DNA from: an uncultured virus (IMG/VR IMGVR_UViG_3300005077_000036)
Lineage: Duplodnaviria; Heunggongvirae; Uroviricota; Caudoviricetes
Strand: one strand, 5' to 3'
IMG/VR virus record: IMGVR_UViG_3300005077_000036
Length of the DNA stretch: 64,000 nucleotides
Below, piece by piece: positions 47,457 through 56,520 of this stretch (position 1 is its first letter; each line of letters begins with the position of its first letter). The translations under genes and the position numbers were made by a program. The notes beneath the pieces were generated by a model that did no database searches, had not been told where the DNA came from, and saw only the letters and a program-made list of their open reading frames with translations.

Positions 47457-48605
47457 ATGAACGCAACGCAAACCCAAGATCCATTCGCAAACTGCGTGGT
47501 ATTCACGCTCTCACAGTCCGCGTGGCGAGTCACCCGTAAGGTGTCCGGCGCGGACGTCGAGGTGTACGCGGTCGGCGAAGTCACGGGCACCGACGACGGC
47601 TCGACCAAGGTCGATCCCAAGCTTGCCACCGTGACAAAAAAGCTCCTGGACAAGTGCCCGGAGTACGCCCGTATCGGCAAGCTGGACGGAGCCATCCGGC
47701 GCGACCTGCGCGAACTCTGCGTCCCGTCCGGGATCATCCGGGGGGGGAGCTACCTGTTCTCGTACGCGTCCGTGCCGACGGTCGAGAAGCTGGTTGAGAC
47801 GTACAAGGCCGAGCGCGAAGAGGCGGTCGCCGCGTTCGTCGCTGTTTACCCCGACCTAGTGCGCGAGATCGCACGCAAGGCGAGGGAGAATCAGGGGCTT
47901 GCGGGCCTGTTCCGCGCGAGCGACTACCCGGCTCCCGGCGCGATCGCGGAGAAATTCACGGTCGAGACGGGGTACGAGGTGTTCGGGCAGGCGCCCGAAG
48001 CACTGGCACGCATTTCGGCGGACCTGTTCGCCCGCGAGCAAGACCGCATTCGCGCCAAGATCCAGTCGTCCGTGTCCGAGGTGCAGAACGCGATGCGTGC
48101 GGGCCTTCTAGGTCTCGTGGACAAGCTCCACGAGCGCTTGCAGCCGGGGGAGGATGGCGCACGCAAGGTGTTCCGCAACTCGGCCGTGTCGAACGTGACC
48201 GATTGGCTGGCCCTGTTCGACCAGCGCAACGTGACCAACGACGCCGCACTCGCGGACGTCGTGGCCAAGGCGCGCAAGGTCATGGAAGGGCTCGACCCGG
48301 ACACCTTGCGCAAGGATGAGAACTACCGCGCAACTGTGAGCAAGCGGCTTGCGGAGGTGTCCGAAACGCTCGGCGGCATGGTCGAGAAGGCGGCCGTGCG
48401 CACGTTCGACTGGTCGGAGGAATTGGACGCGGACGAGAACGCGGAGGGCTCGAACGCGAACGTCGAAGCGACCGACCAGGGCGCTGAGGCGATGAGCCAG
48501 GGCCCGCAGCCGTCCGCGTTCGATGACGAGCCCGACTTCGGACCCCCGGACGAGCCCGACTTCGAGCCGCCCGAGGACGCTGACTTCGTCCAGGCGTTTG
48601 CGTAG
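47457..48605 (+). CDS. DUF3150-like protein
   Basis: FTLSQSAWRVTRK, TKKLL, FVAVYP, FRASDYP, VFRNSAVSN, RNVTND, PDTLRKD; acidic tail. Confidence 0.6.
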   Translation: MNATQTQDPFANCVVFTLSQSAWRVTRKVSGADVEVYAVGEVTGTDDGSTKVDPKLATVTKKLLDKCPEYARIGKLDGAIRRDLRELCVPSGIIRGGSYLFSYASVPTVEKLVETYKAEREEAVAAFVAVYPDLVREIARKARENQGLAGLFRASDYPAPGAIAEKFTVETGYEVFGQAPEALARISADLFAREQDRIRAKIQSSVSEVQNAMRAGLLGLVDKLHERLQPGEDGARKVFRNSAVSNVTDWLALFDQRNVTNDAALADVVAKARKVMEGLDPDTLRKDENYRATVSKRLAEVSETLGGMVEKAAVRTFDWSEELDADENAEGSNANVEATDQGAEAMSQGPQPSAFDDEPDFGPPDEPDFEPPEDADFVQAFA

Positions 48606-48623
48606 TCGTCCGCGTTGGCATCG

Positions 48624-48660
48624 GGAGGCGTTCGGGTCGGTACAGCCCGAACGTCCTTCC
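48624..48660 (+). other. Intergenic GC stem-loop
   Basis: GGAGGCGTTCGGG...CCCGAACGTCC; no U-tract. Confidence 0.5.
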
Positions 48661-48666
48661 GCGATC

Positions 48667-48702
48667 ACAGGAGCATGAACAGGAGCATGAACAGGAGCAT
48701 GA
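48667..48702 (+). repeat. 12-bp tandem repeat x3 (ACAGGAGCATGA)
   Basis: Read directly; each unit contains AGGAG and an in-frame ATG. Confidence 0.9.
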
Positions 48703-48704
48703 AC

Positions 48705-49040
48705 ATGAGTACGCAGGAACGAGAGTTGGCGACGTTTCGCCTAGGCGACGTCGAATTGAGAGTGGACGCGAACTTGCTTCGCAAGCTTGGGTACAGTGTA
48801 CACACGACCGGTGAAGTGTCCGGCCCGTCCGGTTCGCAGGAGGATGTGCTCATCGAAGCGCTCGCCCGTGGACTTCGCGGGGACGACGCGATCCGGTGGG
48901 CGATCGCGAAGAAGAGCGAACGCAACCACGAGGTGCTGATCGCGAGCAAGCAGCTACAGGTCGCCGAGGCGAACCTGCGAGCCAGCCAGATCGCGCTTGG
49001 CGCCGAACGGCTTCGGCTGCGAACGAAAGGGGACGAGTGA
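48705..49040 (+). CDS. Hypothetical protein
   Basis: MSTQERELATFRLG; AGGAG 7 nt upstream. Confidence 0.55.
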   Translation: MSTQERELATFRLGDVELRVDANLLRKLGYSVHTTGEVSGPSGSQEDVLIEALARGLRGDDAIRWAIAKKSERNHEVLIASKQLQVAEANLRASQIALGAERLRLRTKGDE

Positions 49041-49793
49041 TGCTGCCCCTTTTCATGCACATACTCGGAAGCGGCCTGACCGTACGCGGACAGGGCGCAA
49101 ACGTCCCTTGGCCCGACCCCGTGGACTGGTCGCTTAACATGAAGTTTCAGCCGCGCCTCGCCCTGCGTGCGGCATCATTCGAGCCTGAAGTCGAGCCTTT
49201 TCTATGGGAAGGCGTGGCGCCCGTGCCGGGCGCTGGCTGCAACGTGTGGGCGCTCAAGGACGAGAGCACGTTCGCACAATTTGGGGACTGGCGGTACGCG
49301 ATCAAGCGCCTGCCCGCAAACGGGGTCCTCCGCATCGCCTCAGGCAACCGTGCTGGGTACGTGCGGATGGACGGCGAGGTGCTCATACCGGGGATCTGGC
49401 ACAACCGAAAAGAAGACCCGATCATGAGCATCACGCCTCAGGAAATTTTCACGCTGCGTCCAGGCGTGCGCGCGGCCAAAGGGCATACGATCATCGCCGG
49501 TCTGGGCCTGGGATGGCTGCTGCTGCAGGTAGCGCGCAAGCGCTCGGTCACACACGTGACCGTCGTCGAGAAGGACGCGGCTCTGCTCCGGGAAATCGAG
49601 CCTCGAATGCGCGCGATGCTGCCCTTGGGCAAGCCGGTCGACTTTGTGTGCGAGGACGCCATGACGTGGGCGCGTACGCAATCGGCCGACGTCTTGCTCG
49701 CCGACATCTTCGAGGCGTACGGGTGGAACACCTTCCCGCACTGTCCCCAAATCAAGCGCACATGGGTGGGGCGCTGCAGCGTACGGAGGCTAA
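49040..49793 (+). CDS. Spermidine-synthase-like SAM-dependent methyltransferase (3' indel suspected)
   Basis: MSITPQE, IIAGLGLGW, VTVVEKD, VCEDA, LADI; the alternative-frame stop TAA at 49791 sits just before ATG 49796. Confidence 0.6.
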
Positions 49794-49795
49794 CC

Positions 49796-50803
49796 ATGAA
49801 TGCGAACGTAATTGCTGAGTACAAGCGATTCCGCGAGATGGGCTGCAAGGGAGCAGACGCGCTGTGGATGGCTCGCGTGTTCACGGTGTTCCGCGAGCAG
49901 GAGGGGAACCACACCGTACGGCAGCGTATCGTCCCATGCGAAGAAGCGTACGACGATTCCTACTTCGACACGTGGACGGAGAGGACCGAACGCCAGATCG
50001 CGCACTATCGCAAGGCACTTTGGGCGACGGTCGAGCGCGAGGGCTTGTGGCAAGTGGACTTCGAAGTTCGCTGCCAGGACTGCGGCACGTGGACGTTCGT
50101 GCAAGGCGTGTCGAGCTTCGTCGGCGAGCCCGCCGACGTCGAGCTAGTGGACTGCATGCAAGAGACGCTGGAGTACGTCGAACACAGGTACAGCGTTGAC
50201 TTCGGGCCGGAATGGGCGAAGCTGCACAAGCGGCCCGTACAGCCCGACCTGCAGCCTGAACTTGCACGCGAGATCGTACGGGAGAACGTGCTCTTGCAAA
50301 TTGCTCGCGGTTGCAACGTCCATACACTGCGCACTGAAGTCGAAGACGGCGCTCGCGTGAAGCAGTGCGAGGATGGCGCATGGGTGGACGTTCGCGTGTT
50401 CGTCCCGCGCGAGGACTTCGGCAAACCCATTGCCACGATCGTCGAGCTTGCGAACATCATGGGCGTACCGGTCCACGAGAACGCGTACGAAACCAGGCGC
50501 GCTATCGCGAGGTGCCTGTACAAGAACACGCCGTCAGGCATCAGCTTCCGGGCTGACGAGCACACGGTGAGCGTGTCCGGGTACTGCGAAGGATCGGACA
50601 CGGAGCTTCCCGAATACACACTCGCCTTCCCGTTCACGGACAAGGCATTCTGGCTCGCAGTCAAGACAGCGGACAGGGACGCGTGCGCGGAATGGGACAT
50701 GACGCACGGCTGCGACGGGTGTGCGACGAGCACGAACCCGGACGGCACGCGTCCCGTAGATCCCTGCTGCCCATCATGCAACGGCTGCGGGGTTGTGATT
50801 TGA
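49796..50803 (+). CDS. Mosaic hypothetical protein with C-terminal CxxC motifs
   Basis: GGAGG RBS; MNANVIAEYKR...CPSCNGCG. Confidence 0.55.
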   Translation: MNANVIAEYKRFREMGCKGADALWMARVFTVFREQEGNHTVRQRIVPCEEAYDDSYFDTWTERTERQIAHYRKALWATVEREGLWQVDFEVRCQDCGTWTFVQGVSSFVGEPADVELVDCMQETLEYVEHRYSVDFGPEWAKLHKRPVQPDLQPELAREIVRENVLLQIARGCNVHTLRTEVEDGARVKQCEDGAWVDVRVFVPREDFGKPIATIVELANIMGVPVHENAYETRRAIARCLYKNTPSGISFRADEHTVSVSGYCEGSDTELPEYTLAFPFTDKAFWLAVKTADRDACAEWDMTHGCDGCATSTNPDGTRPVDPCCPSCNGCGVVI

Positions 50804-50841
50804 ACACGAACGCACGGATGACGACACCGAGGAACACGACC

Positions 50842-51831
50842 ATGAGCGAGAACACGAACACGAACACGAACGCAACCAGTGATTTCCACTCCATCTGCTC
50901 GGCAGTACAGAGCCAACTCGAAGCGCGCGACCGGAGGCGCGACATGCTGGCGAGGCGCATCCAAGACACAGCCGAGAAGGCGATGAAAGCTGCCCGAGCA
51001 CGCTCAATGAGGGTGGGCGATCACATGCTCGAATACGTCGAGGTGACAGCCCCGGTGAGCCAGTGGGCGTGCGGAAGCTACATGCGCACGCGCCGCGAAA
51101 CACACCTCCTGCTCGACTACAAGTGGCTGGAAGAGCAGGACTTGGGGTTCTTCGACGGCAACAACATGCAGCACCAGCAGGGACCGGCGATCGCGGCCGG
51201 ACACACGGTGCGCAGAGCCACGGTGCGCGAGCTTTGCTCGGTGGCTAAGGCGCTGCCCGAAGCGATCGCGGACATGTTTCGCAACATACAAATGCAAGCC
51301 TCGTCAGAAGCCGAGGCGGCCAGCACAGCCATCGACGAACTCGCGCTGCAGGCATTTTTGCTCAAGCACGACCTGAACGTGATGAAAATCGTACGAGCAC
51401 CCGGAGGCACCGCAAGGCGCGACGTCGACGTTCAGGACGTGCGCGTACCCGATCTGTGGCAGGCGATCGAGAACATGACGTCGAGTGACACGTTCGCCTA
51501 CTGCGCTGACGAGGTGAAGGAAACGTGGCACCTTGCACACGACCTGCTCTGGAACCTGCGCCAGCCAGCGCTCAACCGCAAGATCGAGCACTGGGCAACG
51601 CTCCTGTGCGACATCGCGCGCCAGACGGCGGAGCTTGAAAGGGCGCGACGCAAGGTCGAGACCGCTTGCCTGAACGTCGATTTGCTCGACGACGGAAACA
51701 CGGTCGTACTCACGGCAGGACTGACGACCGCACTCGAATACCTGGCGAACGACATCTACCAGGGCGACGACGGTATGGGCGGATTCGGCGACTGGTCGAA
51801 CGCGACCAAGGCGAGAGTCCGGGTGATCTAG
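50842..51831 (+). CDS. Mosaic hypothetical protein
   Basis: GAGG RBS; long ORF. Confidence 0.55.
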   Translation: MSENTNTNTNATSDFHSICSAVQSQLEARDRRRDMLARRIQDTAEKAMKAARARSMRVGDHMLEYVEVTAPVSQWACGSYMRTRRETHLLLDYKWLEEQDLGFFDGNNMQHQQGPAIAAGHTVRRATVRELCSVAKALPEAIADMFRNIQMQASSEAEAASTAIDELALQAFLLKHDLNVMKIVRAPGGTARRDVDVQDVRVPDLWQAIENMTSSDTFAYCADEVKETWHLAHDLLWNLRQPALNRKIEHWATLLCDIARQTAELERARRKVETACLNVDLLDDGNTVVLTAGLTTALEYLANDIYQGDDGMGGFGDWSNATKARVRVI

Positions 51832-51905
51832 GACGCAACCCTCCCTGTACGCATCCCCCGGTGCGTACAGGCGAGGTTTTGCTTGACTTTGCAACGGAGG
51901 CGATC

Positions 51906-52361
51906 ATGCGAAACGAACGAAGTGGACGTGGAAGAGGCGGTCGAGACAACGGACGGAGCGACAAAGCCCGTAAGCGCGGGCCGGGCCCGTCGAAGGCGGA
52001 AGAGCGCATTTTGGACACCTCGCTCGAAGCCTGCGAGGCGATAGACGAGGTGGCCGACCGGCTGCCCGAAGCCGACCGGCCGGTCGTTGCGGCACTGTGC
52101 CTCAGGCTGATGTGCGCCTCGGTGGGCAAGCTCGATACCGCCAGCATCGCCGAGATGCTCGCCCGGTCGACCGCGATCGCGAGCGACAAGATGGTGCAGG
52201 CCCTCGCGGACGAAGCCGCAGAGGACGAGGACGAGGACGAAGACTACGACGAGGACGACGACGAGGACGACGACGAGGACGACGACGAGGACGACGACGA
52301 CGACGAGGACGACGACGAGGACGAGGACGACGACGAGGACGATTGGGAGGACGAGGACTGA
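51906..52361 (+). CDS. Bipolar protein with RG-rich N-terminus and long D/E tail
   Basis: MRNERSGRGRGGR...; about 45 nearly uninterrupted D/E residues; GGAGG RBS. Confidence 0.65.
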   Translation: MRNERSGRGRGGRDNGRSDKARKRGPGPSKAEERILDTSLEACEAIDEVADRLPEADRPVVAALCLRLMCASVGKLDTASIAEMLARSTAIASDKMVQALADEAAEDEDEDEDYDEDDDEDDDEDDDEDDDDDEDDDEDEDDDEDDWEDED

Positions 52362-52440
52362 CCTCGCATTCCCCTGGCGAGCCTGACCGCCCGCCAGGGG
52401 GCCAAGGGGGGCGTACACGCTTTGCAACGGAGGCACGAAC

Positions 52441-53247
52441 ATGAACACGAAGGCAAACGGCAGGGAAAAACTACCATCATTCTACGCGGACCCGTTCGAG
52501 CTTGTGATCGTCGGCGTCGACACGCAGGACGGGCGAGAGCACCCACTATGGGACGCTCGCTCATTCGTTGCCCCGCCCGAGGAATTCATCGCCGGGATCA
52601 TCCGGCGGGGCGTACGCAAGCCCGTACTCGTCAAAAAACGCGACGACGGACGGCACATGATCGTGGACGGGCGCAAACGGGTACTGGGCGCCCGCCTCGC
52701 GATCAAACGCAGCGCGGAGATGGGAGCGAAGCTAGACATTCGCATACCCTGCCTGATCGTGCTCGGAAGCGACGTCGACCTGGAAACGGACGTGATCCTG
52801 CTCAACCAGCACCGCGTTGACGATGGCCCAGGCGAGCTTGCGGACAAGCTTCTGCAGTACCTCGATCACGGGCACACCATGCACGAGGCGCAAATATACT
52901 TCATGCTTAGCAAGCAAAAGCTGCTCGCTCTGCTCGCGCTGGCGCAGGCGCCCAAGGAGATTCGCAAAGCGTTCGACGAGGGGCGTATCTCGTTCGCGAC
53001 GGCTGTCCGTACTGCCAAACAGCAAGGCACGAACGAGGCGAAGCTCAAGAGCGCACTTGACACGAAGAAGCGGGGTCGTCCACGCGGACCTAGCCGAGCA
53101 AAGGTCGAGCGAGTGCTCGAAGCTGCGAACGAGGCGAAGGAGCCACCGCACCCGGAATTCTTGCGTGCGCTCAACTGGGTGCTCGGCCGCATCGACATCG
53201 ACGCAGCCGGGGTCGCGGACCTGGCAGGGAAGGCAGGCGCGTCATGA
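52441..53247 (+). CDS. ParB/Srx N-terminal domain protein
   Basis: GVRKPVLV, IVDGRKRV, LNQHR, GRISFATA. Confidence 0.75.
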   Translation: MNTKANGREKLPSFYADPFELVIVGVDTQDGREHPLWDARSFVAPPEEFIAGIIRRGVRKPVLVKKRDDGRHMIVDGRKRVLGARLAIKRSAEMGAKLDIRIPCLIVLGSDVDLETDVILLNQHRVDDGPGELADKLLQYLDHGHTMHEAQIYFMLSKQKLLALLALAQAPKEIRKAFDEGRISFATAVRTAKQQGTNEAKLKSALDTKKRGRPRGPSRAKVERVLEAANEAKEPPHPEFLRALNWVLGRIDIDAAGVADLAGKAGAS

Positions 53248-53456
53248 CGTGGAAACGCGTCAACGTCGCCCCGGAGTATAGCTCGCTCGGATGGGCGGAC
53301 GTCTGCATCGACGGCGAGATGTGCCACCAAGCGTGCCCGTGGCTGGAGTCCAAGCACTGCACGCTTTGGGGACATGCCCTCGATTTGCGCGCCGGGGAGT
53401 GCCTGCGATGCCAGGAGTGCGCGAAGGCAACGACACACGGGAGGTCGCCCAAATGA
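53244..53456 (+). CDS. Cys-rich small protein
   Basis: ATGA-coupled; CHQACPWL...CLRCQEC. Confidence 0.5.
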   Translation: MTWKRVNVAPEYSSLGWADVCIDGEMCHQACPWLESKHCTLWGHALDLRAGECLRCQECAKATTHGRSPK

Positions 53457-53830
53457 GTCCGCCGTACGAGCCTTACGAAATACCTGTCTACTTGGGCCCA
53501 TACTGTCGCAGGTTTCGGATTCGCGAGCCCGCCGAGCGAACCGCACGCGAACAAGGACTGTGCTTCGGCTTGTCCACGTTCGGGGGGTGGTACGTGGGGA
53601 CCGAAGAGAATCTCGAAGGCGCGGGCATCGCGGACCTGATCCGCCCGAGCGACTTGCGAGTCGAGAAGGTGGCCGAAAGCACAAACGCTAGCGTGCCTGA
53701 CGCCTACCTCTCGATCGACGAATGGCTGGGCGACCTGCAAATCGAACACGAGACGGACGAGGAGACGGACGAGGAGGTGGCCGTGCGCGTGTTCGACTGG
53801 TCGGCCGAAGCAACGGAAAGTGAGGCGTAG
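53453..53830 (+). CDS. Hypothetical protein (FGGWYVGT module, RVFDWS tail)
   Basis: GGAGG RBS; shares modules with 54058-54399. Confidence 0.55.
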   Translation: MSPPYEPYEIPVYLGPYCRRFRIREPAERTAREQGLCFGLSTFGGWYVGTEENLEGAGIADLIRPSDLRVEKVAESTNASVPDAYLSIDEWLGDLQIEHETDEETDEEVAVRVFDWSAEATESEA

Positions 53831-53831
53831 C

Positions 53832-54047
53832 ATGTTCACGTTCAGCGGAGTGTATTTCGAGGCGCGTACGAAGGCGCCACCTCGCAACAGCGAGGGGTGG
53901 TCACACGTGTACGGGGAATTCACCGGTCGGTCGTGCTCGTACACGGTCGAGATAGATGGCACCCGGCACATGCTGTACAAAACAGCCGACGGATGGGCTG
54001 CCGTCAGTGTGAACAACCGGGCGGACGTGCGCCTGGTCGCGGAGTAG
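53832..54047 (+). CDS. Hypothetical protein
   Basis: GAGG RBS. Confidence 0.5.
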   Translation: MFTFSGVYFEARTKAPPRNSEGWSHVYGEFTGRSCSYTVEIDGTRHMLYKTADGWAAVSVNNRADVRLVAE

Positions 54048-54057
54048 GAGCAGGATC

Positions 54058-54399
54058 ATGAGTACGCCCAAATGCAAGCTTTCGCTGAGCCCCGTACAGT
54101 GCAGGGCACTACTGCAAGCGATCGATCGACTGGACGAACGGACAGACGCCTTCGGCAGCGTGCATGACGTGAAGCTCACGATCGAAGAGTGGCTGTGCGA
54201 TGTAGACGTCGCTGGCGCAGATACAGCAGACAAGCCCATGCGCAAGTTCAACAATAAGCAGGCAGCCGAGGCGCAGGCACGGGAATGGAACACGTACTTC
54301 GCCATGTCCGTATTCGGGGGGTGGTACGTGGGCACCGAGCAGCAACTCAGGACGATAGGCGTCCCGAACCCTCAGCGTACGAACGCGAAGGAGCAATGA
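54058..54399 (+). CDS. Hypothetical protein (FGGWYVGT module)
   Basis: AGGAG RBS. Confidence 0.55.
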   Translation: MSTPKCKLSLSPVQCRALLQAIDRLDERTDAFGSVHDVKLTIEEWLCDVDVAGADTADKPMRKFNNKQAAEAQAREWNTYFAMSVFGGWYVGTEQQLRTIGVPNPQRTNAKEQ

Positions 54400-54400
54400 C

Positions 54401-54721
54401 ATGTCACGTCGCAAGAACACAAAGCCGTCCGTCGAAGAGCAGGTGCGCACGCACAAGGTGAACCCGCACCTCCTGTGGACGGAGAGCGATCCTAGGCCAC
54501 CCGAACGGGCAGTGCTCGAACTAGCCGCAGAGATCGCGTACGAAGAGGACCGCCGGGTGAGCACGCCTCCGTACCGCACGCACGTGTCCGTGTCGTGGGA
54601 TGCGCAGGTGAGAGCCGCCAACTATTTCAACGAGCACGGCCTGTACAAAACGCTCGGCTACTTGCTCGACCTGCGTACGAAGCGCGAGCGAGCGGAAGCA
54701 GCGGCCGGAGGTGCGTCATGA
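54401..54721 (+). CDS. Hypothetical protein
   Basis: AGGAG RBS. Confidence 0.55.
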   Translation: MSRRKNTKPSVEEQVRTHKVNPHLLWTESDPRPPERAVLELAAEIAYEEDRRVSTPPYRTHVSVSWDAQVRAANYFNEHGLYKTLGYLLDLRTKRERAEAAAGGAS

Positions 54722-55293
54722 AGGTTCCCAGCCAGACCACGCACAACCTGTACGTCGTTCTCACCTCCGCTCGTTCCGTGGACCATCACGGACTGCACAC
54801 CACCACGAGCAAGTACCTGCTCGCCCGGTTCGTGCGCCCAGGTGACTCGGTCGTCGCCGTACTCGAAGGGCTCGTGATCACGGTGTGCGAATGGACGGAG
54901 GATGACCGGTGCGAGATCGTGTCGCAGGAAGCACACCTCGACATGACCAGCCGATGGCAGCTACACGGAGAAAAGCCCGAAGCGGACGGGGACGCCTGCA
55001 CAATCATCATCCGAGGGCACCTCGGACGCGCCGTCATGCTCGGCGAAGACGGTGCCGAAGACGCGTTCGGCCACGACGTGCTCGCCCAGCTATGGCTGGA
55101 GACATTGAGCACGGAATGCCCCTGGGCATACGCGCCGGTCGATGTGACTTTTGATCCGTCCACGCACAGCGGACGCCTACGCGCTTCGCGGATCGGAGGC
55201 ACCGGGGGCGATCGGTCATGGGTCGTCGAGCGCAAGGCCCCCAAGCCGTACGAGGCTAAGATCCACATTCCGTGGGTACGCCTGTCACTGTAG
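54718..55293 (+). CDS. Hypothetical protein
   Basis: GGAGG RBS; ATGA coupling. Confidence 0.5.
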   Translation: MKVPSQTTHNLYVVLTSARSVDHHGLHTTTSKYLLARFVRPGDSVVAVLEGLVITVCEWTEDDRCEIVSQEAHLDMTSRWQLHGEKPEADGDACTIIIRGHLGRAVMLGEDGAEDAFGHDVLAQLWLETLSTECPWAYAPVDVTFDPSTHSGRLRASRIGGTGGDRSWVVERKAPKPYEAKIHIPWVRLSL

Positions 55294-55326
55294 GAAAACA
55301 AGAGCAGAACACGCAAGGAGCACACC

Positions 55327-55983
55327 ATGAGCACGACAGACGAACGCGTTCGAGTCCTCAACTTCGGACTGCAGCCCAGGCATGTGGAAGACATGTGGGC
55401 GGTATGGGGCGGCAGGGGCATCTGGACACCCGGTAGCTCGATCGACATCCCAGGCGACCGCCAGGACGTCGCAGGGCCCGACCATGCCATCCAGGCGCTC
55501 GCGCAATGGGTCGACCGCGAAGCCCTCCCCGCCATACGCAAGGTCATCGATGCCTGCGACCTGCGGCAAGATGACGACCGCGAGGTGATGTTCGTCAGCA
55601 GCCCGAGCAGCCTCATGCGCCTGTACGCAAACCCAAAGCGCCCTTTCGGGTACTTGCACCTGGGTGCGTGCTACGAGAAACACCCGATCGCGGCTTCTCC
55701 CTGGCGTGTAGATGAGGGGTGCGCGCCGTCGCGCATCATCCTGCACGCCAAGGGATGGGGGGTTACGCGCGAATGGATCACGCACACGCAGGTACTACTG
55801 CGCGGTCACGCGCCCTCGAACGAGCACGGTCACTACTTCATCGAGCGATCAAAGGCGCTCGACGACTACTGTGAGCGGGTGAAGCGGCACTCGCAATCGG
55901 GCAAAATAGCAACGATCGCGGGCATCGACAGCCTTTCGGTCTCATCCTCATGCTCGACCGACAGCAGGGAGGTGCAGTCATGA
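55327..55983 (+). CDS. Hypothetical protein
   Basis: AAGGAG RBS. Confidence 0.55.
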   Translation: MSTTDERVRVLNFGLQPRHVEDMWAVWGGRGIWTPGSSIDIPGDRQDVAGPDHAIQALAQWVDREALPAIRKVIDACDLRQDDDREVMFVSSPSSLMRLYANPKRPFGYLHLGACYEKHPIAASPWRVDEGCAPSRIILHAKGWGVTREWITHTQVLLRGHAPSNEHGHYFIERSKALDDYCERVKRHSQSGKIATIAGIDSLSVSSSCSTDSREVQS

Positions 55984-56196
55984 GCGTACGCACCTACTGG
56001 GAAATCATCACCCGGCACGACGCCAGCGAGGAATGGACGAACGAGGGCATCGAGGCGTGCCCTGGCTCGAACCGTTTCGACACGGAGGAGCGGGGACGCC
56101 GCCGCCAAGCTCGCCATCGCCGGACGCGTGTGCGGCCAGTTCGACGAGGTGGTGGCAAGCCTGGCCGAGCGCGAAGCAAGCAAACCGGGCAAGTAG
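55980..56196 (+). pseudogene. Small protein with an apparent extra G in the run at 56092-56095
   Basis: MSVRTYWEI...FDTEER continues as DAAAKLAIAGRVCGQFDE...GK* if one G is removed. Confidence 0.4.
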
Positions 56197-56229
56197 CCCA
56201 GTACCCTTTACAGGAGCAGGAGCAAGAAC

Positions 56230-56520
56230 ATGAGCACGAAAACACCGCCCGAGGAAACGTTCGAGCAGAAGGCTGAACGCACCATCACCGCAGCCCTTCT
56301 ACTCGTACGCCTCGAAGAACTCATGATCGCTACGGACCGGGCCGAGGAAGCTGGGGAGTGCGTACACACGCAGCGATGGGTGGCTGCACACCTGGTGCTG
56401 GCGATCGAATCGCTCGGAGGCAAGGTGCCCGAAGCAACGCGCACGGCCCTTGCAGAATGCGGAATGATGCAAGGCGCAGAGCAGTGGCAGCGCGCGCTCA
56501 TACGGAGGGCACACTCATGA
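56230..56520 (+). CDS. Hypothetical protein
   Basis: AGGAG RBS. Confidence 0.5.
   Translation: MSTKTPPEETFEQKAERTITAALLLVRLEELMIATDRAEEAGECVHTQRWVAAHLVLAIESLGGKVPEATRTALAECGMMQGAEQWQRALIRRAHS

Noticed and set aside
48896..50803. 635-aa fusion protein
   Set aside because: An internal GGAGG plus ATG at 49796 and a nearby out-of-frame TAA indicate two genes joined by an indel.
52244..52564. Poly-Ser ORF on the minus strand
   Set aside because: Antisense reading of the D/E tract.
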